DNA of 64,000 nt from an uncultured delta proteobacterium (GTDB lineage Bacteria; Myxococcota_A; Polyangia; Polyangiales; Polyangiaceae). Below the pieces are notes generated by a model. That model was not told the DNA's origin. It was given only the letters and a program-made list of their open reading frames with translations, and searched no databases. A program made the translations under genes and the position numbers. The DNA lies in the NCBI GenBank assembly GCA_963716725.1, contig CAVQUB010000009.1, positions 32,001 through 96,000 on the forward strand, given 5' to 3'. Shown here in pieces: positions 38,713 through 49,221 of this stretch (its first letter is position 1; each line of letters begins with the position of its first letter).

Positions 38713-39708
38713 TCACTCGCCGGCGGCGACCGCCTTCGCTCCCGCGACCGCTGCATGAACGTCGAGGGCCAGGGCGCAGCTGTCGATCCCGCTCGCGTAT
38801 TCGGCGCGGGCGGCCACCGAGATCCAGCTCGGGTCGACGCGGCGGCGCAGGCTGAGCAGCACCTTGCGTTGGCGCAGATCCACCAGGCCGACGCGCACGT
38901 CGTGGGGCCGCTCGCCGTCGAGTTCCGTCGGTCCCGGCTCCGGGTTGGGCTCATCCACCACGACGAGCAGCACGGTCGCGCGCGAAGCGGCTTGGGCGCG
39001 GGCGATGGGCGCTCGCTCGAAGTCCCGCGTCAACCGCCCGAGTTCTTCACGGGAGGACGCGGATTGGATCTTCTTCTGCCATTCCGGATTCAAGAAAGGC
39101 AGACCCACCAGCGCGTCGTGGAGGCGCTCGACGTGGGCGATGGGCCGCATGCCCTCGCCCCGCCCCGCGAGCGCCGTGCGGGCTTTGGCCTTGAGCGTCG
39201 GCTCGGTTCGGGAGGCTGGCGGGGCGTTCAGGCAGAGCACGAACGCGTCTTTCAGTGAGCTGGCCGCGGCCTCGTCGACGCGGCCGGCCACGGCCGGGAG
39301 CGCGCCGCGCAGGTAGATCGTCGGCTTCGCCAGGACAGCAGCAAACGCGCCGGCGGGGCGGAGCTCGTCAGCCACCGTGTCTCCGGAGAACGCGCCGGAA
39401 AAGAGCGGAAGCCACGGCAGAGCTCTGATCGCAGCGTCCAAATCGTCGGGGGCGACATCGGCGGACGCCTTGGCCACCCGCTCGTTCAGCTCGGCGCGTC
39501 GCGCCTCGAGCTCACGGTTCGCGCGGCGATACGAGACGCCGATCCACACCAGACAGACCACGGTCAGCGTGAGCGCGGTGATGCGGAACAGCGACATCGC
39601 GCGGGGCACGAGCTTCGCGCCGGGGGCGGCCCGGCGACCGTCGACGCTCGCCTGAACCCGAGCGGCGAGCTGGGGCGACATCTTCTTGGTGACGAGCAGG
39701 GTCGGCAT
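38713..39708 (-). CDS. Hypothetical protein with N-terminal membrane anchor
   Basis: 331-aa ORF with one TM segment; follows the MutS-like gene. Confidence 0.75.
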   Translation of the reverse strand: MPTLLVTKKMSPQLAARVQASVDGRRAAPGAKLVPRAMSLFRITALTLTVVCLVWIGVSYRRANRELEARRAELNERVAKASADVAPDDLDAAIRALPWLPLFSGAFSGDTVADELRPAGAFAAVLAKPTIYLRGALPAVAGRVDEAAASSLKDAFVLCLNAPPASRTEPTLKAKARTALAGRGEGMRPIAHVERLHDALVGLPFLNPEWQKKIQSASSREELGRLTRDFERAPIARAQAASRATVLLVVVDEPNPEPGPTELDGERPHDVRVGLVDLRQRKVLLSLRRRVDPSWISVAARAEYASGIDSCALALDVHAAVAGAKAVAAGE

Positions 39709-39732
39709 GGACGTAGCTCCGCTCAGCTCAGC

Positions 39733-41385
39733 TCAGCTCTGCTCGGTCGGATGTTCGCGCTGGAAGCGCTGGACGTTGCGCTCGATCAGGGAGAGGAGCT
39801 GCTCGCCCGTGACGCCCAGCCGCTCGGCCGCGTGCCCGGCGAGCGAAGTCGTGGCGACGCCGGGGACGAACTGGTACGTCGCGCGGCGATCGGCGCCGAG
39901 CTCGACCTGCACGAAGCTGAGATCTCGGATCTTCTGCTCACGCTCGAGACGCCCAGCGAAGGTGAGGAAGTGGGTGGTGATGAAGGCCTGGGGCGAGAGC
40001 TTGCTGAGCATCTCGACCACCAGCTCGAAGATCTCTTCACCCTCGGAAGGGTTCGTGCCCGAGCACAGCTCGTCGAGCAACACCATCGCGCCGGGCGGCA
40101 GGCGCTCGAAGAGCTCGCGGATGCGCACCAGCTCCGTGCCGAGCCGCCCCTCGGCCGCATCGGCCCGCGTCTCTTGGATCAACGACACGACCAGCGCGGA
40201 GGTGAGCGCGACGGCGCCCGATCGCGCGGGGATGAAACATCCGGCCTGGGCGAGCAGCTGCGTGAGGCCGACGGACTGCAGCAGTCGGGTCTTGCCGCCG
40301 GAGTTGGGTCCGGTCACGAGCACCGTCGTGGCGAGGCGGCTCGAGCCGAGATCACAGGGGATGGGCTCGATGCCACTCATCAAGAGCAGCGGGTTGAAGA
40401 GACCCGAGAGCGCGCGGGGGGCCTCGGGTCGAACCAGCTCCGGCAAACAGACCTGGAGCCCCGCGGCTCGTGCTTGGTCCGCAAACGCCAGGGCGCCCAG
40501 GTAGAACTCCAGATCTCCGAAGAGCTGAAGCAGCGCGACGATCTCGCTCTCGATCCCCGTGAACACCGCGTCGACCAGGCGGGTCATGACTTCGCCATCG
40601 CTGAAGCGATAGCCGCGGACGAAGAGCTCGACCTTGGCCAGCCAGCGCCGCCACGGCGGGCTCACGAATGGGTTGTCGGAGTCCTCGGCTACCGACACGA
40701 CCTCGAAGCCGCGGATGTGACCATCGGCCCCGACCCCCACCTTCAAGCTCAGGGTGGCCAGGCGATCGTCGTAACGCAACAAGTCCGAGAGCGAGCGGTA
40801 GGGTTCACTGGTCAGGATGCGCCCCCCGAAGACCGACAGCACCGAGAGCCCCGAGCGACAGGAGACGAACCCGCCCGCCATCAGGTCGAACACCTCCTTG
40901 ACGATCACGAGCATGTCGAGCTGTCGGCGACTCGGATCCCAGTTGCGAACTCCGGATGCGTTCTCGAGCAGCACGCGCAAGCGTCGGAGCGCGCGGTAGA
41001 TCTCCTGGACTCGCCCGCGCAGCTCGGGAGAGTCGTCGAGCTCGGCCAGGATGGCCCGGCGATGCTCGACGGTCGCGCGGTCGCTCGGCGGGTGGGTGAG
41101 CAGCCGGACCAGATGGTTCCCCGCCACCAGTCCCTCCTCGCGCCCGACGCGGATCTTGAAGCAGCCGGCGACGAAGCGGCGCAGGAAGAGGTCGTTCTCG
41201 AAGGCGGCCGGCTCCCAGGAGGATGGCTCCAGGGTCGCCGCTGCCAGCGTCTCTTCGAACAGGCCGCCGGACACGCCGCCGGCGAAGGCCATGCTCAGGG
41301 CGAGGCGGGTCTTTTCGGGATCGATTCGCAGCTTGGCTGCGGGGTAGAGCAGGTCCGGCTGGGCGGTGGGGTCCATCGCGGGCAT
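39733..41385 (-). CDS. MutS-related ATPase (ATPase domain only recognisable)
   Basis: TGPNSGGKT, LLDELCSGTNP.EG, ITTHF. Confidence 0.85.
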   Translation of the reverse strand: MPAMDPTAQPDLLYPAAKLRIDPEKTRLALSMAFAGGVSGGLFEETLAAATLEPSSWEPAAFENDLFLRRFVAGCFKIRVGREEGLVAGNHLVRLLTHPPSDRATVEHRRAILAELDDSPELRGRVQEIYRALRRLRVLLENASGVRNWDPSRRQLDMLVIVKEVFDLMAGGFVSCRSGLSVLSVFGGRILTSEPYRSLSDLLRYDDRLATLSLKVGVGADGHIRGFEVVSVAEDSDNPFVSPPWRRWLAKVELFVRGYRFSDGEVMTRLVDAVFTGIESEIVALLQLFGDLEFYLGALAFADQARAAGLQVCLPELVRPEAPRALSGLFNPLLLMSGIEPIPCDLGSSRLATTVLVTGPNSGGKTRLLQSVGLTQLLAQAGCFIPARSGAVALTSALVVSLIQETRADAAEGRLGTELVRIRELFERLPPGAMVLLDELCSGTNPSEGEEIFELVVEMLSKLSPQAFITTHFLTFAGRLEREQKIRDLSFVQVELGADRRATYQFVPGVATTSLAGHAAERLGVTGEQLLSLIERNVQRFQREHPTEQS

Positions 41386-41480
41386 CTGAGCCGCGACACT
41401 ACGGCCGGGAGAATGTTCCCGCCAGGGTCACTTTTGCTCTGAGTGCGTTGCTCACGCTCGGGCCAGCACAGGTGGCACCC

Positions 41481-43118
41481 TCACGAGCCCAGCGCGACCT
41501 GCCAGTCCGCGTGCGCGCGCGCTGGCGGCATCACGCCCCGCCGCGCCGACAGCAGGGTGCCCCGTGCCGTGAAGTGGCGCCACAAGCGTTCCGTGCGCGA
41601 ACGCCAGGCGAGGTCCTTCCGCCCGAGCTCGAGCGCCTCCGCCACCGCGAAGCGTCGCACTCGCCGGGCGTCGGTGATGGCATCGGTCGCTACGAATTCG
41701 AGGCTGCGGCGCAACGACGCCACCGTGTCCGCGCGCACCGCGCTGCCGAGCTCGGTCACCTCGCGGCTCAGCGCGTCCGTGGCGCTGCCGGGGAAGAAGT
41801 GCTGGTGGATCTGCCTGGCAAACGACAGACTGATCAGCCGATTGAGCAGGCTCTCCATTTCGAAGGCGCGCTCGTGCAGGCTGACGCGCAGGATGCGGAA
41901 CATGACCTCCGCGCGCGTGTCGCGCATCAGGTAGCCAAAGCTCCGATAGTCGCCGCGCAGTCGCCCCTCGGCCTCGAGCCGCGCCCGGAGAGCAGTGCCG
42001 GAGTAGATCTCGGTGCGACAGACGTTCCAGGGGAGGTCAAGGTGCTGCGCCGCAAGGTCGAGCGTGGCCGACACATCGTCCAGCGAAGTGTCCGGATCGA
42101 AGAGCATGAAGTTGAAGCTCGGGACGATGCCGTGCTCCCGGCAGTGCGCGATGGCCGAGTCGTTGTGCAGTGGCAGATGCGTGCGGCCGAGGTACGCGAG
42201 GCGCGCCGCGGAGGCGTTTTCGATGCCCAAAAACAAGTGGACGGCGCCCATTTCGCGGAGCGCGACGCACACCGCGGGCGTCACGGTTTCGGGCCGCGCC
42301 TTGACCCAAAACGCGATATCCGGAGCGCCTCGCTGCAGCAGCTCTTCCCGCAGCGCGTGCACGCGCTCGACGGTGCGCTTCTCGCTCGGCAGCACGAAGA
42401 GATCGTCTTGCACGAACATCACGCGGGCGTCGCGCCGGTGGTAGAGTTCCGCAATCTCGTCGGCCACGGCTCGCGTGCTGCGCAGGCGATAGCGTTTCTG
42501 CTGCTGCTGCGTATAGGCGGCGATGCTGCAATAGTGGCATTCGCCGACGCAGCCCCGAGCCGCGATCACGAAATCCACCACTACGCCCCCCACGCTGAAG
42601 GGTTCGGCGCTACGCGCGGCGGTGGGCAGGCTGTCGAGATTGGCAACTGCTGGTCGAATCGGGCCGACGACCACCCGATCTCCGTCGCGCCAAACCAGAC
42701 CCGCGATGTCGCGCGGGGCCCTGCCGTCACTGACGGCGCCGAGGACGGCTGCGAAGGTCTCTTCGCCATCGTGACGCACCACGCTGTCGAGCGCTGGAGC
42801 GTCTCGCATCAGCTCCGCGTAGCAGAACGTCGGCACGTGCCCGCCGGCTGTCAGGTAGCCGCGATAGCCCCGGGAGCGGAGCTGGTTCAGAAACAAGAGG
42901 TAGTCGTCGATGTTGTTCTGGAACGCGATCCCCAGTCCCACGATCTGCGGGTCGAGCTCGAGCACCTGCCGAAGCGCGCGGTCGACCTCCACGCGTCGCG
43001 AGTAGGCGATGACCTCGGCCTGATGTCCCGCCGCACGCGTCACCGCGGCAAGGTACGCGAGCGCCAGATTCTCCTGGTAAATGGGCCCGACCAGAGCGAC
43101 GCGCAGCCCGGGGCTCAC
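41481..43118 (-). CDS. B12-binding radical SAM protein
   Basis: NLALAYLAA, AGGHVPT, HDGE; RGCVGECHYC; QDDLF; LGIE. Confidence 0.9.
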   Translation of the reverse strand: MSPGLRVALVGPIYQENLALAYLAAVTRAAGHQAEVIAYSRRVEVDRALRQVLELDPQIVGLGIAFQNNIDDYLLFLNQLRSRGYRGYLTAGGHVPTFCYAELMRDAPALDSVVRHDGEETFAAVLGAVSDGRAPRDIAGLVWRDGDRVVVGPIRPAVANLDSLPTAARSAEPFSVGGVVVDFVIAARGCVGECHYCSIAAYTQQQQKRYRLRSTRAVADEIAELYHRRDARVMFVQDDLFVLPSEKRTVERVHALREELLQRGAPDIAFWVKARPETVTPAVCVALREMGAVHLFLGIENASAARLAYLGRTHLPLHNDSAIAHCREHGIVPSFNFMLFDPDTSLDDVSATLDLAAQHLDLPWNVCRTEIYSGTALRARLEAEGRLRGDYRSFGYLMRDTRAEVMFRILRVSLHERAFEMESLLNRLISLSFARQIHQHFFPGSATDALSREVTELGSAVRADTVASLRRSLEFVATDAITDARRVRRFAVAEALELGRKDLAWRSRTERLWRHFTARGTLLSARRGVMPPARAHADWQVALGS

Positions 43119-44209
43119 AACGGCTCCCAGTCGAAGCTGGCCACCGCTGCACCGTGCTCGTGCTCCAGAGCCACCTGCAGCAGCCCGGGGTCTGCGCCCG
43201 GCTCGGCGGTCCAGAGCACGAGATCGGGGGCGAGCTGCTCGATGCACCCTCGGCTCGCGTGCCACTCGTAAGCGGCTTCCGGTCCAGCGTCGTTTTCCGC
43301 GAAGAGCACCACGCTCCGGCCCGCCCGAGCCAGTTCGAGCACCCTGAGCCGGAACGCCCGAGCGAGGGGCAGGCCGTCTGCGAGCTGGTCGGGAAGGATG
43401 GGCGTGGGCGCCATCTCGGCGATGGTCTTGCACACCGTGCATTCATCGCCGGAGCTGACCCAGTCGAGATCCGACGCACCAATGCACAGGTGGACCTCGG
43501 TGCGTGAGATGACCGTGCGCGAATCGCTGTCGTTCGGAGCGCAAACGATCTCGAGCTCGACTTCGATTTGCATCATCACCCAGCCTTCGGGCGACAGGTT
43601 CAGGGGCCCCGGCCACGTCGCGTGGAACGCGAAGCCGCCGGCCACTTGGGTCATCAGGCTGATCTGCATCTGCTCGAGCTGCGCCGGGCTGGCGGTCTTG
43701 ACAGTGACCTTCGGTGGCCCGATCACCAGGTTCTCGAGGGCCGGCGCGACGGCGATGAAACCCTGAGCCAGGTCGATGGCGGGCGAGTATTTGGTCAAGG
43801 TGACCCGCGCCGCGGAGTTGCTCTCGACGGGTTCGATGGACGCCGCGCAGAGCTGCCCCGGCTCGGCGGGCACCCCGGGCGGCGGCACGCTCACGGTGAA
43901 GGTCTCGAGCTTGCTGTAGGTCGGGCACCAGGCGCCGCCTCCGCTGCCGCCCAGGCCTCCGCTGCCACCCAGCCCGCCCGTGCCGCCGATCAGGAGCCCT
44001 CCGCTGCCCCCGCTGCCCCCACCTCCCACGGCCCCGCCGGTTCCAGCAGACGTGCCGCCCGCGCCGCCGGTGCTCGCGCCGGCGTCGGCGTCCGGGGATA
44101 GAAGGCCCGAGCGTGACCCGCAACTCCCGAGCACTGGAATCAAGCTGACCGCGGCGATGGCCGGGGCCATCCGTGGCGCGCGACCGATCACGATTCGCAG
44201 GCGGCGCAT
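43115..44209 (-). CDS. Gly-linker lipoprotein coupled to the B12 radical SAM gene
   Basis: LGSCGSRSGL; Gly linker; SSGDECTVC; GTGA overlap. Confidence 0.75.
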   Translation of the reverse strand: MRRLRIVIGRAPRMAPAIAAVSLIPVLGSCGSRSGLLSPDADAGASTGGAGGTSAGTGGAVGGGGSGGSGGLLIGGTGGLGGSGGLGGSGGGAWCPTYSKLETFTVSVPPPGVPAEPGQLCAASIEPVESNSAARVTLTKYSPAIDLAQGFIAVAPALENLVIGPPKVTVKTASPAQLEQMQISLMTQVAGGFAFHATWPGPLNLSPEGWVMMQIEVELEIVCAPNDSDSRTVISRTEVHLCIGASDLDWVSSGDECTVCKTIAEMAPTPILPDQLADGLPLARAFRLRVLELARAGRSVVLFAENDAGPEAAYEWHASRGCIEQLAPDLVLWTAEPGADPGLLQVALEHEHGAAVASFDWEPL

Positions 44210-44279
44210 GCCGGCAGGGTCTCACGCCGCGGCGCTGAGCGCGAGGGTGCCAGCGAGCCTCAACCGGGCGCGGTCGGGC

Positions 44280-45464
44280 TCAGCTCACCGCGCATTGACT
44301 CCGCAGCTCGGCAGCGAGCTGCCGCCACCCGGCGAGCTCGCCTTCGAGGCCGAGTTCGGCCACCAACGTCGAGTCGAGCGGGACCTCGAGCTGGAGCGAG
44401 TCGCCACCGGCCGCGGCAGCGAGCGCGTCGGCGATGTGCACTGTGGCCAACAGGTCGAAGCCTCGATTGCCGACGATCGCCCGCGGAGTGTGGTGGAGCG
44501 TGACCGCCTCCGAGATTGGGTACGGCAGCCCCCATAGGCCGAGCAGGTACCCGCCGACGCAGGCGTGCGGAGCCACGCCGGACGCCGCTTCGGCCTCGGC
44601 GAGCGAGCAACCCTGCTTCTGCAGCTTCGAGATTTGCTCGACCTGATCGGGTTTGGCCTCCGCGAGCACCAAGAACCCGATGTCGTGCAGCAGCCCGGCC
44701 AAGAAGGCATCTTCGGCGATGGGCTTGCTCGGCGCGATGCGCGCCGCAAGGCGCGCCGTGAGCAGGGAGTGAGCCTGGAGCGCCGCGATTCGAGCGTCGA
44801 CACTGGAGGCCCCGAAGACCTCGGCGGCGAGCACCAGGTTCTCGATCGTCCGGATGCCCAGCAGCGAGACGGCCTGATCGATGCTCGAGACTCGCCTCGC
44901 CACCCCGAAAAAACCCGAGTTCACGAGCTGCAACAGCTTGGCGCTCATGGCCATGTCGCGCTCGACCAGCCGGGCCACCGCGTCCGTGCCAGACTTGGGG
45001 CTGGCGATCAGGCGCTGAAGCTCTTGGTAGACGCTGGGCTGGCTCGGCAGCTTGTCGATTGCCCCCAGGTAGGCCCGCAACGCCTCGTTTTCGAGGGCAT
45101 CGCGGAGGGCGAGCGCACGTTCGACGGCGCACTCGATCTGGGCCGCGTCGCAGGGCTTGCTCAAGAACTGGTGTGCCACCGGCACGGCCCGCATGCGCGC
45201 CTCCGCCTCCGCGAAACCGGAGAGGATGAAGCGCACGACCGATGGATGGTGCTGGTGAGCGTGCCGCAGCAGGGCCACTCCGTCGACCCCCGGCATGCGC
45301 ATGTCGGTCACCAGCACGTCGACCCCGCCGGCGTCGAGCACTCGGATGCCCTCTTGCCCACCCAGGGCAAAGTGCATGTCCCACTTCTTGCGGTGCTTTC
45401 GCAGCATGTCGCGCAGTCCGTCGAGCACGCGCTGCTCGTCGTCCACGAAGAGGACGCGTCTCAT
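44280..45464 (-). CDS. Response regulator, REC + HDOD
   Basis: FVDDE, TDMRMPG, KP; KLLQLVNS.FFG, GLLHDIG, LWGLP. Confidence 0.9.
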   Translation of the reverse strand: MRRVLFVDDEQRVLDGLRDMLRKHRKKWDMHFALGGQEGIRVLDAGGVDVLVTDMRMPGVDGVALLRHAHQHHPSVVRFILSGFAEAEARMRAVPVAHQFLSKPCDAAQIECAVERALALRDALENEALRAYLGAIDKLPSQPSVYQELQRLIASPKSGTDAVARLVERDMAMSAKLLQLVNSGFFGVARRVSSIDQAVSLLGIRTIENLVLAAEVFGASSVDARIAALQAHSLLTARLAARIAPSKPIAEDAFLAGLLHDIGFLVLAEAKPDQVEQISKLQKQGCSLAEAEAASGVAPHACVGGYLLGLWGLPYPISEAVTLHHTPRAIVGNRGFDLLATVHIADALAAAAGGDSLQLEVPLDSTLVAELGLEGELAGWRQLAAELRSQCAVS

Positions 45465-46948
45465 GGGCTCTCCGGACCTCCGACGGGAAGCCGGATGAAG
45501 AAGGTGGTCCCCTTCCCGCACTCGGTCTCGAAGCTGAGGCTGCCGCCGTGTTGCTGGACGATGCTGCGCGCAATGACCAGCCCCTGGCCCGTGCCGCGAC
45601 CGACCTCTTTGGTGGTAAAGAACGGCTCGAAGATGCGGTCGCGGACGGCCTGTGGAATGCCGCAGCCCGTGTCGGAGATGGAAATCACGACGCTGTCGCC
45701 ATCGCTGGCGGTGCGCAGGGTGATGGTGCCTCGAAGCTCCGGATCGCCGCGGTCCGCGATGGCGTGGGCGGCGTTGACGATGAGGTTCAAGAACACCTGA
45801 TTGAGCTCCCCCGCGTTGCTGGTGACCAGCGGGATCTCCTCGAGCTCGAGCACGACGTCGGCCACGTATTTGTACGCGTTGCGCGCCACCGTGACGGTGT
45901 TCTCGATGCCGCGGCGCAGGTCGGCCGGCGCCAGCTCGCGCTGGCCGGGGTGCGCAAACTCGTTCATCGATCGCACCAGCGTCGCGACGGTCTCCAGCCC
46001 AGCGAAGACGCGCTGCATGGCCTTGGGCAATGCTTCATCCACGTACTCGAGATCGGCGGCGTCCTCGGCGTCGGACAGGCGCGCGAGGGCCTCGGCGCCG
46101 GCCGGAGCGGCCTCGATGACCGCGCGCTCGGCACGGTAGGCTTCGATCAGCGCGCGCATGTCGCGGCTGGCGCTCTGGAGAAAGTGCAAGCTGTCGCTGA
46201 CGTATTGGATCGGGGTATTGATCTCGTGGGCGATGCCCGAGGCGAGCTGCCCCACGGCTTCGAGCTTGTGGGACACCTGCAACTCGACCTCCATGCGGGC
46301 GCGCTCGGCGGCTTCGCGCTGCAGGCGCTCCGCCAAGAGTTCGAGCTCGACGTTGCGGGCCAAGAGCCGGCTCTCGAGCTCGTGAATGCGATCGGCGACG
46401 GCTGAGTTGAGCTCCCACTTGCGGGCCAGCGCCTGGACAATCTGTCGAACTTCGACGGGTTCGAAGGGCTTCTTCAGGACCAAGAAGTTGTCACGGAAGC
46501 CCACTCGCCGGCGGATTTCGGCCCATGGCACGTCGACGCTGCCCGTCACCAGCACCACCTGCAAATCGGGATCAACTTCCCAAACTCTCTCCGTCGTCTC
46601 GACGCCATCCCACCCAGGCATGCACAGATCGATGAATGCGATGGCGAAGCGCCGGCCATCGCTCATCGCGCGGCACACTTCCTTCAGGCCGTCTTCGCCG
46701 CAGCGGGCGCCGTCGACGACGAATGCTTCTCCAGCGCTCGAGCCGAACAGCTCACGCTCGCACACTCCCCGCTCGGCAGACCTACCCCGCCCGCCCGCGC
46801 GCAGCAGCGCACGCAGCGCCAAGTGGATCTTCTCGTTGTCGTCGATCACCAGCACGCGGGTGCCGGGCGTCGGAGTCGCCGGCGCGGGACTGGAGCCCGA
46901 GGTCTCCGGAGCTAGCTGCATCAGCGCCAGGTCGCGTTCATCAAGCAT
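45461..46948 (-). CDS. Cytoplasmic REC + histidine kinase
   Basis: IDDN..D..MPG; GIAHEINTP; NLIVNA, DTGCGI, FFTTK, GTGQGL. Confidence 0.9.
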   Translation of the reverse strand: MLDERDLALMQLAPETSGSSPAPATPTPGTRVLVIDDNEKIHLALRALLRAGGRGRSAERGVCERELFGSSAGEAFVVDGARCGEDGLKEVCRAMSDGRRFAIAFIDLCMPGWDGVETTERVWEVDPDLQVVLVTGSVDVPWAEIRRRVGFRDNFLVLKKPFEPVEVRQIVQALARKWELNSAVADRIHELESRLLARNVELELLAERLQREAAERARMEVELQVSHKLEAVGQLASGIAHEINTPIQYVSDSLHFLQSASRDMRALIEAYRAERAVIEAAPAGAEALARLSDAEDAADLEYVDEALPKAMQRVFAGLETVATLVRSMNEFAHPGQRELAPADLRRGIENTVTVARNAYKYVADVVLELEEIPLVTSNAGELNQVFLNLIVNAAHAIADRGDPELRGTITLRTASDGDSVVISISDTGCGIPQAVRDRIFEPFFTTKEVGRGTGQGLVIARSIVQQHGGSLSFETECGKGTTFFIRLPVGGPESP

Positions 46949-47520
46949 GAATCCTCCCCTCGGGTTCGGCACTTCACCTCTGTCGCGCGGATGTCGGTGC
47001 GCGGCCCTTGCTCGAGCGTGCCGCGCGCCCAACCTGCCATCGCCCGGCAGTGCGCCGGGTGTGGGGCGGGAAAGCCGTCGATGGTGATGAGCATGGCCGT
47101 GGGACCGGTGATCGTCATCCGGAGCGCGCCGCCATTGCGGTAGTAGTGGGACCACAGGCTCGGGAGGACCCGGGCCATCAGCGCCGGCGGCACCGTGCGC
47201 ATGAACAGGGTCTTCCAGACCCCCGCGTCTTGGGTCGCGGCAAACGCGCCGATCTCCTCCGCCAGCGCCAGGTCCCCGGCGCCGAAGAGCTGATCGATCA
47301 GCAGAGTCCCCTCGATTTGCAGCGCGAAGGGCACCCAACCGCCGCCGCTGCAGCGACCGTCCAGCGCCTGTCGCAGCGCCGGAGAGGCCGCCTCACGAAA
47401 GCGGCGCAGCCCGTCCGGTCCGAAACGCTGCTGCACGAACGCACCGCGGATGCGAATGCTCGCCGCCTGGACCTCAACGCCCGCGGCCTGCGCGTGAACC
47501 CCGGGACAAGTGACGGTCAT
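46921..47520 (-). CDS. V4R/HNOB-like myxobacterial (TIGR02265-like) protein
   Basis: W.PF, LWSHYY..G, HC.AMAGW, C..RGEDSC. Confidence 0.6.
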   Translation of the reverse strand: MTVTCPGVHAQAAGVEVQAASIRIRGAFVQQRFGPDGLRRFREAASPALRQALDGRCSGGGWVPFALQIEGTLLIDQLFGAGDLALAEEIGAFAATQDAGVWKTLFMRTVPPALMARVLPSLWSHYYRNGGALRMTITGPTAMLITIDGFPAPHPAHCRAMAGWARGTLEQGPRTDIRATEVKCRTRGEDSCLMNATWR

Positions 47521-48650
47521 GCCACCCTCGCGCGCGCGGACGGCTCCGCCTTGACCAACACCAGCGCGGGCTCGCGCACGGCCCCCGGCGGAAAGTTCTT
47601 CACGCGTTCGAGAAACGAGACGGTCACTTCGTAGCCGCGCGGCACCAGCAGCGCACCGCTTGCCAGTAGCAGGTCTTCGGCCAGCACCATTCCCCGTCCC
47701 AGCGCCCTGAGGGGCATGCGCTGGAGCTCGTCGGTACCGCAACGCACGCGGGCCAAAGCGTCGAGCAACTGGGGCTCGTGAGCCGGCTGGGCACGCAGCC
47801 GTAGGACCACCTCGGCCGCGCTGACTCCGGGGGAATCGAGGCGATCGAAGTCCGAGGCAAGCCGCAAGATCTCGGCGCCGCTCGCCACCTCGGGCGAGTC
47901 TACGCGGCGCCCCGGGGCCGCGACGGCGGCCATGATTTGCAGCACGCGCTCCAGCCGCGGGATGCCGGAGACCAGCCTCTCGGCGACGGCGGGCGCCCGC
48001 GCGACCATCTCTTGCTCGTGATCGTCGAGGGCGGCGCCGGCCCGCGCTTTCGCCAACAGCTCTGGCGGCAGCGCAACGGCGCCCAGCTGCGAGAGAATGG
48101 CCGCGACCTCGATCTGCCAGATGGGCTCGTAGCCTACTTCTCGCGCGATCTCCGCCGACAGACGCTCGAGGCGCTTGGCGGTGCCGAACGCGACGGGGCT
48201 AGTCAGCGCCAGCACCTCGGCGAGCGCGCGAATCGCGCCGGCCAGAGTCTGTTCGAGCAATACGCGCTCGGAGGTGATCAGACGGTTCTGTTCCACGGCC
48301 GCAGCCAGCGCCTGCGCGAGCGTGTCGGGAGGGCAGGGCTTGGTCAGAAAGCGGAAGACGCGGCCTTCGTTCACCGCGGCGATGGCGCTCGCCATGTCAG
48401 CCTGACCGGTGAGCAGGATCCGCGTCGCATCGGGCAGCACGACGCACATCTTGGCCAAGAGCTCGGCCCCCGACATGCGCGGCATGCGCATGTCAGACAC
48501 GACGGCGACGATGTCCAGGTTCGCCGCCGCGAGCTCGAGCGCCTCCGCGGCGCCGCCAGCGGGCAGCATCTGGTAGCGTCGACGCAAGTGGAGCTCGAGG
48601 CCCGCCAGGACCTGAGGCTCGTCGTCGACGCAAAGAACTTTGGGTTTCAC
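47517..48650 (-). CDS. Response regulator, REC + degenerate HD-GYP-like domain
   Basis: VDDE, SDMRMP, FLTKP; AAILSQLG in place of LHDIG. Confidence 0.85.
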   Translation of the reverse strand: MKPKVLCVDDEPQVLAGLELHLRRRYQMLPAGGAAEALELAAANLDIVAVVSDMRMPRMSGAELLAKMCVVLPDATRILLTGQADMASAIAAVNEGRVFRFLTKPCPPDTLAQALAAAVEQNRLITSERVLLEQTLAGAIRALAEVLALTSPVAFGTAKRLERLSAEIAREVGYEPIWQIEVAAILSQLGAVALPPELLAKARAGAALDDHEQEMVARAPAVAERLVSGIPRLERVLQIMAAVAAPGRRVDSPEVASGAEILRLASDFDRLDSPGVSAAEVVLRLRAQPAHEPQLLDALARVRCGTDELQRMPLRALGRGMVLAEDLLLASGALLVPRGYEVTVSFLERVKNFPPGAVREPALVLVKAEPSARARVA

Positions 48651-48739
48651 GGCTTCCTGAACGGTCGGTGCGACGGTGCCTTGAGTCCGTCTCCAGGCCT
48701 CGCCTCAAGACTCGGCAGCAAGACCCGTTCCTGCCGGGC

Positions 48740-49105
48740 ATGTCCCACACGCTACCGACCACGGCCGAGCAACGATCGAACCCGCGGGCGGCCTTCGACG
48801 CGCTGGCCGTGCTGTCGCGCGACGGCGCCCGAATTGGGGCTTTTCAGGTGGAGAACCTGTCAGCGGGCGGCGCCTACGTCACGGGCCAATCGCTGCCTCC
48901 GCCTCTGGGCGAGCGAGTGGACGTGCTGCTGAAGGCCAGCCAGTTGGGCGTCATCAGCTTGCGGGCAAAGGTCGTGCGCTGCTCCGCCTCACCCCAGGGG
49001 CTGGGCATAGGCCTCGAGTTCTGTCGGGCGGAGTCGCACATCGAAGACCTGATCGTGGACGCAGTGGTCGGCGAGCTGCGCAAGCTGCATATCGGCGCCG
49101 CGTGA
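48740..49105 (+). CDS. PilZ-domain protein
   Basis: QRSNPR (RxxxR) and NLSAGG. Confidence 0.85.
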   Translation: MSHTLPTTAEQRSNPRAAFDALAVLSRDGARIGAFQVENLSAGGAYVTGQSLPPPLGERVDVLLKASQLGVISLRAKVVRCSASPQGLGIGLEFCRAESHIEDLIVDAVVGELRKLHIGAA

Positions 49106-49221
49106 GCGAGGATCGAGCCGCGACGTCATCCGCCTGACGCTTCGCGCGCCAACCGGTCACTGATCCACGAGTGACCCGAGACGGTCTCGCGGCTACACTG
49201 CCGCACTGAAGGGTGGTTCCC

